Shown one piece after another: positions 12,101 to 21,346 of a stretch of DNA of 64,000 nt. The stretch's first letter is position 1. Every line of letters begins with the position of its first letter. A program made the position numbers and the translations under genes. The DNA is from an uncultured virus (IMG/VR IMGVR_UViG_3300025087_000055). Taxonomy: Duplodnaviria > Heunggongvirae > Uroviricota > Caudoviricetes. Location: IMG/VR virus record IMGVR_UViG_3300025087_000055, one strand, 5' to 3'. Below the pieces are notes generated by a model. The model had not been told where the DNA came from and did not search any database. It worked only from the letters and a program-made list of their open reading frames with translations.

Positions 12101-15100
12101 TTACTTGCCCAATCAAATATACTATAAAACCACTTGTATATTCCGTCTGCTAACACTACAACAATTCCCAAAGTAGTTGTTAGGGTATTTGAGATAAAAT
12201 TAGTAGTTGTTGAGTTAAATAAAGATGTTGAATTATAGATATTTAGAGTTGCATTTTTTATTCCTAGATTATCAGTTATATTCGCTGTGAAGTTTTGAGA
12301 TGCTGTTGAATTTATTGTATTATTTGTTGGGAATATAAGTGTTGCATTTGGGTTAGTTCTGTCTAAGGTTATTGTTCTTGTTTCTGTGCTATTTATCCTA
12401 TTTGCTAAATCTCTTACAGAAACATTATAATTATAAGTCGTCTCTGCAAGATTACTCCAATTAATATAAAATGTCTGTGTTGAATAAATGGTTGAATTTA
12501 CTAATGAAGTTAAATTATAAAGATTAAAGGTTATATTAACAAAATTCACTTCTGTTACTGATACATTCGCTTCTATATAATTTCTTGACAAATTAACTCC
12601 AGAGTTTTCGGTTGGAGAGACAAATGATATTAAAGGATTTGTTGTGTCTATAGTTATAGTTCTTGTCTCTGTATTATTTGTATTTCCTACACTATCATTA
12701 ATATACGCATAATAATTATATACTCCATCTGATAAAGAAAAAGAATAATTACAAGTATAAGTTGGAGTTCCAGAACATGATGGCGTATAGTTAGTTGCTC
12801 CAAAGACAAATATTACTGTATCTCTATTTGCTTCTGTTCCAGTGACATTCACTATAAATGTACTAACTGAAGATATTGTGTTATTTGTTGGTGTTGGAGA
12901 TGTGAAATTAATTGTTGGATTGATATATGTAGTATTAGAAATAAATGTTTGAGATACTTGATAGTTATTAGTGTCATTTATGTAAACAGTGACATTATTC
13001 GACCTTCCAGTAAGAACAAAGCTAACAAGTCCTTTAGCAAATCCAGAAACTGACTGCCATATATTATTAACCCACCAATCGTACCACCTACTACTTTCTG
13101 GAGTATCTTCATCAGTAGAAGTTAGATTTATTGTTATATTTGCATATTCTTGGAATGTTGGATTCGTGACTGAATATAGAGATTGAATTTCGGAAGCTGA
13201 AAGAGAACGATTATAGATTCTAGTTTCATCAATTGTTCCATTATATGGGATTGCTGCTCCATGGTTAGCGTTTCCCCATTGTAAACTGGTCGAACCATAA
13301 TCAACCCATATTTTCTGACTTTCAATACTTGTTGTTGTAGATAAAATACCATTTGTGTATAACTTAATATTACCAGTGCCCCCTGTTGTGTCTGGGCTGT
13401 ATACTCCTGTTAACATTGTCCATTCATTTAATATAATCTGTCCTCCTGTAGTCGTATATTGATTCCCAGTACCATTAGTAGGTCCAGTTGCATTTTCCAT
13501 TCTGCCAACATTAAATGTATAATTTGTAGAACCCATATAAAAGTTCCAGTTATAATGACTAAATATATAAACAAGTGATATTTTAGAATTAGGCTTAACC
13601 CATATCGATATAGTCATATTTCCAATCTCAAAATCATCTGATGAACTTGGTACAAATATTTTATTTTCCACATCCACATCATTTGTTTTATATGCTCCAC
13701 CAATCTTTCCGTCATCTACAAATATTACGTTAGATAATGCCACTGTTGCATTATAATTATTTGGATTTCTTGTCCAATCTTCTTGAGTAATATGATTCTT
13801 ATCAAATCTCCAATACCCAACTAGACCATCACCTAAAGTTGTATTTTGATTTCTATCGTATGAAATAGTAGAATTTGAAATGTTTATATCATTTATTTTC
13901 GGAGTAAACGTCAAATTAAACACTATATTTGTACTATTCAAATTCCCTAAGCTATCATTAACATATACCCATATATTGTTATTTCCAGCTATTGGTGATA
14001 TAGTTGTATTTGGAGTGAATGTTATGTTTGATGCTCCATTGAGAGAATATTTATAAGTTTGAATTCCAACTCCTGAATCAGTAGCCGTGACATTCAAACT
14101 AACATTATAAGAGTACAAATCTTTTATTATTAAATTATTAATTGGATATGAAATTGTTAAACTTGGGGAGATAGTATCTACTCTAAATGTTGTAGAATTG
14201 GAATTAAGATTATTAAGAGTATCATTTGCATAAACTATTATAGTATTCAACCCTTCACTATATGTATCTGTAAAGTTAGAAATTGTTCCAGAAGTACACG
14301 TTCTTGAACTATTTAATCCTCCATTATTCTTTGTACTCCAACAAGAATTTAAATTAGGGTCTGTTGCGGTGAAATTAACTTGGATAGATGTTATTGAGAA
14401 ATTAGAGTTATTAGAAGGGTAGTTTATAACTATTGTTGGTGCTAGATAATTAGTAGAAATATTCCAATATTGTGTAACTTTATAATTTAAAGTATCATTA
14501 ACTATAAGAGTTACGTTGTTACTTCTTAATGAAAATATTGAATTTATACTTTTGTTATTAAATCCGGCAGTATTCTGAACTCCATTTACATACCATAAAT
14601 AATAGAGATTACTAGAAGAGGTGTCTTCATCTAAAATTGTAGAATTAATAGTAACGTTTGCATATTCTTGGAAGGTTGGGTTGGTGATTGAGTAAAGATT
14701 AATTATATCTCCACTTGTAAGAGTTCTATTGTAGATTATAAATTCATCAATAGTTCCATTGAATTTACTTATACCTGCCGCATTTCCAATATACAATTGA
14801 GAGTTTGAAGCAAGATTAGAATAAATAGAACTAAATGGATTTCCTAAACCAGTTATATTTGTAGTAGCCTTAAACTCTCCATCAATATAAAGTGTAAGAT
14901 TAGTACTTGAGAATATTCCTGTTATCATTGTCCACTTTCCAGATTTTTGTGGAGTGCTTATTATAGATGCGTCTGTTGTAGTTCCAAATCTAAGTCTATA
15001 ATTATTATTTATTAAAGATAAATATATGTTATTTCCAGTATTATCAGAACTTCCAAATAGTGCTTGAGAATTAGCAACCACACCATCGGAGAAATTATTT

Positions 15101-18100
15101 TGATGATAAACCCATAAATTGAATGTCCAGTTTTTATTTCCAAAATTATTCAGTAAGTTTGAACTTATATTTAAATAACCACTTGTATTAAACTGATATG
15201 CTCCCCCGATTTTGCCTGAATCTGTGAAAGAAAGATTATTAACAGACGCATTATTAATCCCAGTATTATCTTCTTGAATTGAATAATTTTTGTCTAATTT
15301 ATACCATGCAGTTACATTCACTACACTTGTTCTTGAAAACGTTGTTGTAGAATTATAAACAAAGGTATTATTTATCTTTGGTGTAAAAGTTAGATTAAAT
15401 GTAATTGATGCAGAATTTAAATTACCAGCTTTATCTTCGGAATAAATTGTGATATTATTATTTCCTGCTAGAGCTATAAATGAAGAATTTACACTTGAAT
15501 TAATAGTAATATTAAAATTACTATTTAATGAATATGATGTTCTATTTAGATTAGTATCTGTAGAAGAAAAATTAAGGGAAAAATTATATGAGTACAAATC
15601 TTTATAAATTGTATTAGTTGGAAAATAAAGAGTTAAAGATGGATTTACAGTGTCTAAAGTGAGATTTCTTGTTTCTGTTATATTCCTATTATTAGCTAAA
15701 TCTATTATTGTGACATTATAGAAGTATATTGTGTTTGGCAAGCTAGTCCAATTTATTGTTTTTATTTGTGTAAGATAAATGCTCTGATTAACTAACGAAG
15801 TTGAATTATATAAAACAAAAGTTATGTTAGCAAAGTTTGTCTCTGAATATGTTACATTAACAAATACAAAATTCTGATTTTTATAATTTCCAGTCGTTTC
15901 AGTTGGAGCTGTAAAGTTAATAGTCGGTTTTATAGTGTCTATAGTTAGAGTATTATTTGTCGTTGCGAATTGATTACCAGACCAGTCAAATATGCTGTAA
16001 AACCACCTATAAACTCCATCAACTAAAACAACCACTATTCCTACAACCTGCTGAGTAATTGTCTCTATTGTATTAATATTTGTTGTTTGATTAATTAATT
16101 GAGAAGGATTTGAGTTATTATAGATATATAAAGTATAATTTTTTATTCCAAGATTATCTGTTAGATTTGCTGTTAGATTATTAGAAGAAACATTTGAATA
16201 AGTATTATTTGTTGGCAATAAAAGAGTCCCGTTTGGTAATGCAGTATCCAAAGTAAACGTAAAATTACTTGAAGCAAATGTACTTCTAAGATTATCAGAG
16301 CTTACTGCTAAACAATTCCAAGAATAAGTTCCATCTGTAAGAGATAAACTGAAATTGGTAGAATTAGATGTGCTAGTAGCAGAATTGGTTTTATTTGCTA
16401 TAAATGAACCAGTAAAATTACCATAGAGAGTTATATTTGATAAGCCAAGAGTATCTGTTGCTGAACAATTAAATGTTACGGGATTAGTATTAATTCTAGA
16501 ATTATTAGATGGAGAAACTAAAGAAGATGTTAATTGATAATAAGAGATATTTGCACTTATATAATTAAGATTATATTGTCCAGTAAGAGAGTTTACCGAC
16601 TTATCAAAAACATAAATCATAAAAATAGGTATTCTTGAATTATTTATAAAATCACTAGAACTAGAATAACATGATTGATTTATATCATCCCCGATTCCTG
16701 TTGAGATACTATTTGTACATTCAGACCAATTAGATGATGAATAATTCCACATCCAAAATGAAGCATTTACTTGGGTATTTGAAGGCAATCCAGTAAAACT
16801 CCAATTGATAGTGTTATAAGTGATATTTGTATTTTTAGCGAGAGTTATATTAAATATAGCTACTTTTGCATTTGCTAATGCACTATCTGCTGGAGCAATT
16901 GGAAACTTGTTTGAATCTATTATTCTTATAAAATTATAATTACTTGTTGTAAACTCTGCCAATCCGTCTCCTGGAGGTATAGAACCATTAGGAGGAAATG
17001 TCTTAACAAATCCAGACGTAGTAGTTTCGTAAGCATTAAATGAAGCATTGTTATTAGCTCCAGAATCATATAAAATAGATAAACCAGTATTAATCGAGAA
17101 TGTTACTATACTAGAATTTAAATTTCCAGCACTATCATTAGCATAGACTCTTACAGTATTGCTCCCTACAGCATAAGAATTGCTGAATGAGCTTATTATT
17201 CCAGAAGTACAAGAAGTTGTTGTGTTTACTCCATTATTAACATTCCACCAACAATTAAATAAATTAGGGTCTGTCGCATTGAAATTTACATTTACATTGT
17301 GGTCTGCTGAATTAGAATTATTGGATGGAGAGTTAATAATAATGCCAGGTACAATTGTATCTATAGTAATTGTATTATTGTTAGTTGTGAATGAATTTCC
17401 TAAGTTATCAAACAACTGATAAAACCAAGTGTATATTCCATTGACCAATGTAACTACTATTCCAATTAATTTCTGTAATTCTCCAGTTAAAGTAGTTGTA
17501 GTTTGATTGATTAATGAGTTAGTTGAATTATAGATATTTAAAGTTGCATTTTTTATTCCTAGATTATCTGTTGCGTTAACAGTTAAATTCTGATTTGTAT
17601 TGTTTGTAAAAGTATTATTTATTGGGCTAATAAGAGTTCCATTAGGATTTGTTGTATCAACATTTATTATTCTTTCTTCACTTTCACTAAAAAGGTTATT
17701 GCTATTATTACATTTAACAGACCAAGGCAGATTTCCATTTTGAATTGTATTGCTAAAATTAAGAGTAATATTTATAGTAGGGCTAACAGAATAATTAACT
17801 TGAACATTATCCACAAATAACAAACATGAAGAAGCATTATTCCCAGTGTAATTGTACCCAAAGTTAATGGGATTTGTAGTGAAATTAGCTTCGTTTACGG
17901 GAGAAATTAAATTAATAGTTATATCTGGCGGAGCATTTCCTAGAATACTTATGTTTTGAATTGTTGTTTGATTAGAGTTTCCTGCATCATCATAAATTAT
18001 AAAATACCAACTATAATTACCTGTAAACATTACAGAAACATTTGTTGCATAGTCATCAGTTTCTGATACTACGGAAGTGAAGTTCTTAGTTATATTAACC

Positions 18101-20289
18101 CAGCTTCCACTAAAGTTGTTTGCAAATTTATAGTAAGAGAGATTAAGATTATCAAAAGAGTGTACTTGGAAGTTTATTTGGGTATTATTATAAATTGGGT
18201 TTGTTGGAATAGATATATCAGACCAATTTGGAGCAGTATTATCTATTACTGTTGTAAATGAAGAAGAGAATATATTTTGTAATGGTGTAGAACTATCATT
18301 GATTTCATAAGGAATTTGTTTACTTCCTGTTATACTTCCACTCAGAATAACGCTGATATTCCAGAAACTATAATTTCCAGAACCTTGATTACCACTTTGT
18401 AATAACATATTAGATATTCCAGTTCCATTTAACTGTGTTAAATTAACTCTGCTCATATTTATTCCTGCTCCCGAACCATCAGTTGTATTAACTCTAAAAA
18501 TTAGAGTTTGTGTATTTCTAATAGAAGATTGACTTATAGGATAAGTTACTGACGTTGAAATTATTATTGGCGCTTGCCTATCAATAATAAAATGTCTTGG
18601 AGTAATAGAATTATTTAGATTATTAGATGTATCAACTACAACTATTTGTATATCATATCCTTCTGTGGCATTACTAAATAATGCAGTATTCCAGGTACAA
18701 TTGAATCCCGATGTTACTTGTTCGCAACTACTTATATTAGTATATGAAACTGTTGAATTTTTGTATTGAAAAGAAACATAACTAACAGCCACATTATCAG
18801 AAGCAGAAGCAGTGATTGTTAAATTTCCATTAACTTTTGTATTATTAGTAGGAGATAATATTGAACCTGTTGGAAGAATTGTGTCTAGAGTAGACAAAAC
18901 ATTGTAGTTCTGATATGCTGAACAATTTAAATTATTAGAAGTATCATTTGCACACCAACGATAAGTAAATGGCGTAGCTTTTGAATATAATAATTGTTTT
19001 ACAAAACTAATATTTGCATTTGCTGAACTTACGCTTATAGGTGTTTCGTTTTTCTCTCCAAATGTTCCAGCAGTAAAATTGAATTTAAAGTCTATGAGAT
19101 TACTATAAGACCAACTACCACTTGCGTTAGTTACCGAAATTCCGTTTGGATACGGGTTTGTTGAAGTTGATGTAGTCAAACGATAAATAGTTGCTCCAGA
19201 AGAAGCGGGAGATGAAACTAAAACCATATATTTTACACCACCGATTAATTCTGGAGGGTTACTAAAGTTTACACATCTAAATATCTGTGAAGAATTTATA
19301 GAAGATGCAAGAATAGTCTCAGTAGTAGTTAATTTACTGCCTATTGGTACGCCACTATCATTTACAGCATAAACATTGAAAAGAATATTACCTCTAGTAC
19401 CCGCAGAAGTAATATTATATATAACATAACAAGCACTTTTAAGATAGGATGTAGTTGTAAATGAAAATGTTTGTCCCTTATGAGTATTTAAACCAAATGA
19501 AGTAAAAGAAGTAGCTGCCGGGATAAGAGTTATGTTAGTTTGTCCTGTTAAATCAAACGTATGAGATAACCAAGCAACATTTGTTTGGACATTATCTATA
19601 ACATTGACAGTAAAATTAATAAACTGATTTACTAAAGCAGATGTTTGATTTGCGAGAATATTTAAGAATGATGGTGGAGAGGTATCTCCTTGAGTATATT
19701 CAACCCATAATACAGGTCTATAACTTGCTGTTGTAGATTCATTTGAGGCAAAAGCATAACCTGGTTCTCCAAAACCTTCACTTCCTCTTAGGCAAACAGA
19801 AAACATTTGGTCAGTAAGATGGCTTTGAGTATAAGCAATTCCTGTTCCATTAAGGGTTAAATTGGCTGAGTTTCCAGAAGTGACTCCACTAAAGATACTC
19901 GATGCAGGAGAACTTACATTTGTTGCAGCAGTTGTTCCTGTACAAGTAGCATATAATTGACTTCCAGAAGTAATTGATGCAGCAGTTTGATTAATTGTAA
20001 ATGCTTGAACTGTTGAAGTATCTGCTCCTATAACTGTTAATTGAATAGAAACATTTGTTATTGTTGCAGTTGTTGGAATTACAGATAAATTAAAATCTAA
20101 GAAACCTCTGTTTGGTGTAAATCCTCCACCTACCCCTATTGTTGTTCCAGTAGAAATAATAGTAAATGTAGGAACAACAAAACCATCAATATGATTAGCG
20201 TCTTGATTCATTGGTATTGATACTAATGTAGCTCCGACAGAAACTAAACTAAAGCTTAATATTAAAATAAAAAGTAAGTAGTTTTTCAT
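6178..20289 (-). CDS. Giant 4703-aa surface/adhesin glycoprotein: signal peptide, DNRLRE-like N-terminal domain, many Ig-like repeats, three LamG domains, C-terminal TM anchor
   Basis: ORF track. Signal peptide MKNYLLFILILSFSLVSVGA; RGFLDFNLS...YRPVLWVEY domain; three GGA(Y/F)...NGTIDExxIYNRxL LamG signatures; very dense NxS/T sequons; GGGGGS linker; TM plus basic tail (RKNRRNKK). Confidence 0.9.
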   Translation of the reverse strand: MKNYLLFILILSFSLVSVGATLVSIPMNQDANHIDGFVVPTFTIISTGTTIGVGGGFTPNRGFLDFNLSVIPTTATITNVSIQLTVIGADTSTVQAFTINQTAASITSGSQLYATCTGTTAATNVSSPASSIFSGVTSGNSANLTLNGTGIAYTQSHLTDQMFSVCLRGSEGFGEPGYAFASNESTTASYRPVLWVEYTQGDTSPPSFLNILANQTSALVNQFINFTVNVIDNVQTNVAWLSHTFDLTGQTNITLIPAATSFTSFGLNTHKGQTFSFTTTSYLKSACYVIYNITSAGTRGNILFNVYAVNDSGVPIGSKLTTTETILASSINSSQIFRCVNFSNPPELIGGVKYMVLVSSPASSGATIYRLTTSTSTNPYPNGISVTNASGSWSYSNLIDFKFNFTAGTFGEKNETPISVSSANANISFVKQLLYSKATPFTYRWCANDTSNNLNCSAYQNYNVLSTLDTILPTGSILSPTNNTKVNGNLTITASASDNVAVSYVSFQYKNSTVSYTNISSCEQVTSGFNCTWNTALFSNATEGYDIQIVVVDTSNNLNNSITPRHFIIDRQAPIIISTSVTYPISQSSIRNTQTLIFRVNTTDGSGAGINMSRVNLTQLNGTGISNMLLQSGNQGSGNYSFWNISVILSGSITGSKQIPYEINDSSTPLQNIFSSSFTTVIDNTAPNWSDISIPTNPIYNNTQINFQVHSFDNLNLSYYKFANNFSGSWVNITKNFTSVVSETDDYATNVSVMFTGNYSWYFIIYDDAGNSNQTTIQNISILGNAPPDITINLISPVNEANFTTNPINFGYNYTGNNASSCLLFVDNVQVNYSVSPTINITLNFSNTIQNGNLPWSVKCNNSNNLFSESEERIINVDTTNPNGTLISPINNTFTNNTNQNLTVNATDNLGIKNATLNIYNSTNSLINQTTTTLTGELQKLIGIVVTLVNGIYTWFYQLFDNLGNSFTTNNNTITIDTIVPGIIINSPSNNSNSADHNVNVNFNATDPNLFNCWWNVNNGVNTTTSCTSGIISSFSNSYAVGSNTVRVYANDSAGNLNSSIVTFSINTGLSILYDSGANNNASFNAYETTTSGFVKTFPPNGSIPPGDGLAEFTTSNYNFIRIIDSNKFPIAPADSALANAKVAIFNITLAKNTNITYNTINWSFTGLPSNTQVNASFWMWNYSSSNWSECTNSISTGIGDDINQSCYSSSSDFINNSRIPIFMIYVFDKSVNSLTGQYNLNYISANISYYQLTSSLVSPSNNSRINTNPVTFNCSATDTLGLSNITLYGNFTGSFIANKTNSATSTSNSTNFSLSLTDGTYSWNCLAVSSDNLRSTFASSNFTFTLDTALPNGTLLLPTNNTYSNVSSNNLTANLTDNLGIKNYTLYIYNNSNPSQLINQTTNINTIETITQQVVGIVVVLVDGVYRWFYSIFDWSGNQFATTNNTLTIDTIKPTINFTAPTETTGNYKNQNFVFVNVTYSETNFANITFVLYNSTSLVNQSIYLTQIKTINWTSLPNTIYFYNVTIIDLANNRNITETRNLTLDTVNPSLTLYFPTNTIYKDLYSYNFSLNFSSTDTNLNRTSYSLNSNFNITINSSVNSSFIALAGNNNITIYSEDKAGNLNSASITFNLTFTPKINNTFVYNSTTTFSRTSVVNVTAWYKLDKNYSIQEDNTGINNASVNNLSFTDSGKIGGAYQFNTSGYLNISSNLLNNFGNKNWTFNLWVYHQNNFSDGVVANSQALFGSSDNTGNNIYLSLINNNYRLRFGTTTDASIISTPQKSGKWTMITGIFSSTNLTLYIDGEFKATTNITGLGNPFSSIYSNLASNSQLYIGNAAGISKFNGTIDEFIIYNRTLTSGDIINLYSITNPTFQEYANVTINSTILDEDTSSSNLYYLWYVNGVQNTAGFNNKSINSIFSLRSNNVTLIVNDTLNYKVTQYWNISTNYLAPTIVINYPSNNSNFSITSIQVNFTATDPNLNSCWSTKNNGGLNSSRTCTSGTISNFTDTYSEGLNTIIVYANDTLNNLNSNSTTFRVDTISPSLTISYPINNLIIKDLYSYNVSLNVTATDSGVGIQTYKYSLNGASNITFTPNTTISPIAGNNNIWVYVNDSLGNLNSTNIVFNLTFTPKINDINISNSTISYDRNQNTTLGDGLVGYWRFDKNHITQEDWTRNPNNYNATVALSNVIFVDDGKIGGAYKTNDVDVENKIFVPSSSDDFEIGNMTISIWVKPNSKISLVYIFSHYNWNFYMGSTNYTFNVGRMENATGPTNGTGNQYTTTGGQIILNEWTMLTGVYSPDTTGGTGNIKLYTNGILSTTTSIESQKIWVDYGSTSLQWGNANHGAAIPYNGTIDETRIYNRSLSASEIQSLYSVTNPTFQEYANITINLTSTDEDTPESSRWYDWWVNNIWQSVSGFAKGLVSFVLTGRSNNVTVYINDTNNYQVSQTFISNTTYINPTINFTSPTPTNNTISSVSTFIVNVTGTEANRDTVIFVFGATNYTPSCSGTPTYTCNYSFSLSDGVYNYYAYINDSVGNTNNTETRTITIDTTNPLISFVSPTENSGVNLSRNYIEANVSVTEVNFVNITFNLYNLTSLVNSTIYSTQTFYINWSNLAETTYNYNVSVRDLANRINSTETRTITLDRTNPNATLIFPTNNTINSTASQNFTANITDNLGIKNATLNIYNSTSLFNSTTTNFISNTLTTTLGIVVVLADGIYKWFYSIFDWASNSFTTQNNTITIDATSPSLTVTSPTSKNYKDIYTYNISLNVTISDTYLDKRFYSLNGASNITFTGNTSFIALAGNNNITIYANDTAGNLNSSTVQFNLTFTPKINNINISNFSTSYSRNGDIINTTSGLVGYWTFDENRTDLVIDKAGVRNATFSVIKPNWTDTDKVIGGAFDFSGNNNTKRILIGTVSQYKYGNISDKPFTFVGWARRSENTSNSESYLLSNQRSNSGCNAFGSTCSGFLIAIAPSTFQFIVQVFNSSGSLLGNTIAFSASHSPKTTWHQYAVTHNGTRGTNATLYIDGVQKTISVQGSGLTDWVTDLQEWGETTNEILTIGENPQHSGRGFNGTIDEVRIYNRSLSALEIQSLYSITNPTFQEVANITTVANLTDEDTPQANLWYDWFVDGVSKLSGFAQNIFNWIFTQRQTNVTLVANDSNNYKVNQTWIINTNYINPVINFTSPTPNNGTVTASTTLNANVTGTEPNRDTAWLKLDNTNYTMSCNGSPTYTCNITITGLTDGTHNLTAYINDTVGNVNNTETRKLIIDLTPPTNSILSPPNNTFVNGLVVIDGTAIDTNGVNYASIQYKNSTLSYTNFSTCNALSDPFNCIWNVTDLFYSNSSEGYDVRIVACDNVGNCNTTAVSMHYVIDRLIPILDVNGKIVIYPDGQMSVRNGQNITLKINVTDGSGAGMNQSWINLSLINTTIELVPMNLELGQLSLAGAWTLWNMTSNLSGSTTGLWQVGFYANDSASPKQNRMFNTMSVQIDNDIPTFSDLAVVPSGDIYNNTMVNFSVNAQDNLNLSYYKFANNFSGSWINITKNFTSPLIDTAFNSSRMFTGNYRYYWIFYDDAGNSNQTLTQNITILGITPENLVVSLINPPDFDSFETQNTTFQFSYTNGTASACNFVLDSVLNQTFNSPIIDTTIETNKTITALGTHMWYAQCNNSLGTMFNSSIFTFSLVDTSNPIINFVTPTENTGVNKSQAYIIINVTSTDLYLNNITINLYNSTSLLYSNISSTSPFYINYTGLAEGIYYYNATADDTSSNLENTETRTITLDRTNPNATLLTPINNTITINTSNNFTANLTDSLSGLKNATLNIYNSTNSLINQTTTTLTGELQKVVGIVIVLVDGIYNWFYNLFDFAGNQFATTNNTLTIDTIIPAIQFVSPTETNNSYLAKTDILINVTASDVHLSNLIINLYNSTENNIQSNTSIVSPFYINYSALSDGVYYFNATANDTLGNKNSTETRTITIDTTNPLISFVSPTLNSSTIISQTNIFVNVSITEINENNITFYLYNGTSLVNKTIYSTQQRTINWTGLTDNTYYYNISIYDKANNKNSTETRNITIDTIIPVINILSPLNNSAYNYVQIDINYSVSDLHLDSCWWSNNTGIVNNSISCNTNLTGNTWQESLVNITVYANDTAGNIKSNITYFYVDLTSPSIVVNSPINGQEFATNTSLPINISISDNLSGAGNCSYNIDNGVNVSIANCANTTFSSSEGPHTINIFFSDRAGNTNQTSNNFVISLDAPAINLNSPQNYTLYNSSRVVYLNWTAIDPNDIALCQIWHNINGSFSLNKTRFDISSNVMASESYNITQDGDYIWNIFCSNTVGKSRFSANNYTFIIDSTPPNITIDSISTTQGSQTISFSSTESDAHLVSCKYSIFDQLGNVDGLNNNVSFSCNVLKSATVSDYDTFNLTIWAIDLLGNENSDTELFTTVPSTAISGGGGGSTKGATVSVVALKPLEGVITLTPPLNRAILYARIIEICANSSLSKDSCILTNQSLEQLNVRLVSQNVDIPFSEILKWIDRYNTDSLENINVLKTDSDKYKLVEAIVKLLGEEFIITPKNLDTFWIIFSDTFTTKVTSSRELKDARIVEGERGFSVNITQGTSAEISYKLQSDKVFTFKTLNAKANYVDIVGNSIFQPITIRAINLRYINSFGLPGYLLLFLALILIFAFVIRKNRRNKKVLSNLVKEVIG

Positions 20290-20594
20290 CTTATATTTTT
20301 AGGTCTCCCAATAGGTTTATTTTCCCAATTAAGATAGCTTACATATATCGTTCCGTTTTGTATATCTGTAGCCCAAAATTCTTTATTATCGAAGTTTTTT
20401 CTTTCATATTTTTCACTTTCTGAATCTTGGGAGGATAAAACAAATTCGTCATTATATAAAGAGATATGAACATCATAAATTGATTTATGTAGTTTATGAT
20501 AAACTTCATTAGTCAACAGACCAGAACCAAAGAGTAGTATTCCTGTTAATCCTTTCTTTACATATTTTCTAATATCTGTTATATTGTTGTCCAT
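20286..20594 (-). CDS. Hypothetical protein, translationally coupled to the giant gene
   Basis: ORF track; 4-nt overlap with 6178..20289. Confidence 0.6.
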   Translation of the reverse strand: MDNNITDIRKYVKKGLTGILLFGSGLLTNEVYHKLHKSIYDVHISLYNDEFVLSSQDSESEKYERKNFDNKEFWATDIQNGTIYVSYLNWENKPIGRPKNIR

Positions 20595-20785
20595 TTAGCT
20601 AACTCCCCCAGAAGTTCAAACATGCTGGTTTAATTGATTTTGTTTACTCATTTTTCTTGTAACTTCCCATATATCTAAAAAAAGATATCCATGTCAGTAT
20701 CTTCATATTTATCATAATATTGAGTAGTTTTCACTATTTTTAATCCTTTTCATATCAAAAAATAAAAATAAAAAGTAATCTGTTT

Positions 20786-21115
20786 TTAGCCTAGATTGAC
20801 TACACTAACAACTAATCCTAGTTCTGGTATAGTAACCGTTCCAGCTATCGAATTATAAGTTAAAGTTACAGGAACCCATGCCCCTCTAACTCTTCCTATT
20901 TGTGTTCTAGCTAGCCATGCTCCATTATTCTGCTCAAATGAATAACTTGCTGAACTTGTTATGATATATCCATTTCCAGTTAATCCATTACTATTTATAT
21001 TAACGTCTTTTGTCTCTCCGACTGCTTCTCTCAAGCTATATCCAGATACAGCTAATGCAAATGTGCTCATTAATATCAATGCAACTAAAGGAACTATGTA
21101 TAATGATTTGTTCAT
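20786..21115 (-). CDS. Small secreted protein
   Basis: Signal peptide (MNKSLYIVPLVALILMSTFALA); GGAGG ribosome-binding site upstream. Confidence 0.75.
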   Translation of the reverse strand: MNKSLYIVPLVALILMSTFALAVSGYSLREAVGETKDVNINSNGLTGNGYIITSSASYSFEQNNGAWLARTQIGRVRGAWVPVTLTYNSIAGTVTIPELGLVVSVVNLG

Positions 21116-21139
21116 ATTTTTCCTCCTTTCAATAAATTA

Positions 21140-21274
21140 TTATCCATTTTTTATTAATTCTCCTAATTTCTGTTGTACGAATCTACTTAAGTTCAAAGAA
21201 ACCTTTTTTATATATTCTTCTTGTTCCTTAGTTATTGAAATTGATTTATTTACATATAATTCTTTATTAACCAT
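21140..21274 (-). CDS. 44-aa ribbon-helix-helix-like regulator (below ORF-track cutoff)
   Basis: Manual translation MVNKELYVNKSISITKEQEEYIKKVSLNLSRFVQQKLGELIKNG; TATA at 21300-21307. Confidence 0.65.
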   Translation of the reverse strand: MVNKELYVNKSISITKEQEEYIKKVSLNLSRFVQQKLGELIKNG

Positions 21275-21346
21275 ATGATACCTATAATATATATTATACT
21301 ATTTAAATGTTGCTTTTTGTAGTAGTAACTTTTCAATTACAAAAAC

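Noticed and set aside
2819..17419. Short track ORFs inside the giant genes (2819, 3809, 4206, 5557, 6618, 7055, 7567, 11507, 12989, 17180 on plus; 10170, 13134 on minus)
   Set aside because: Antisense or alternate-frame shadows of long ORFs, with no motifs or promoters.
6178..20289. Diversity-generating retroelement acting on the giant adhesin
   Set aside because: No reverse transcriptase in the window, and the repeat pairs are internal coding modules rather than a template/variable repeat pair.
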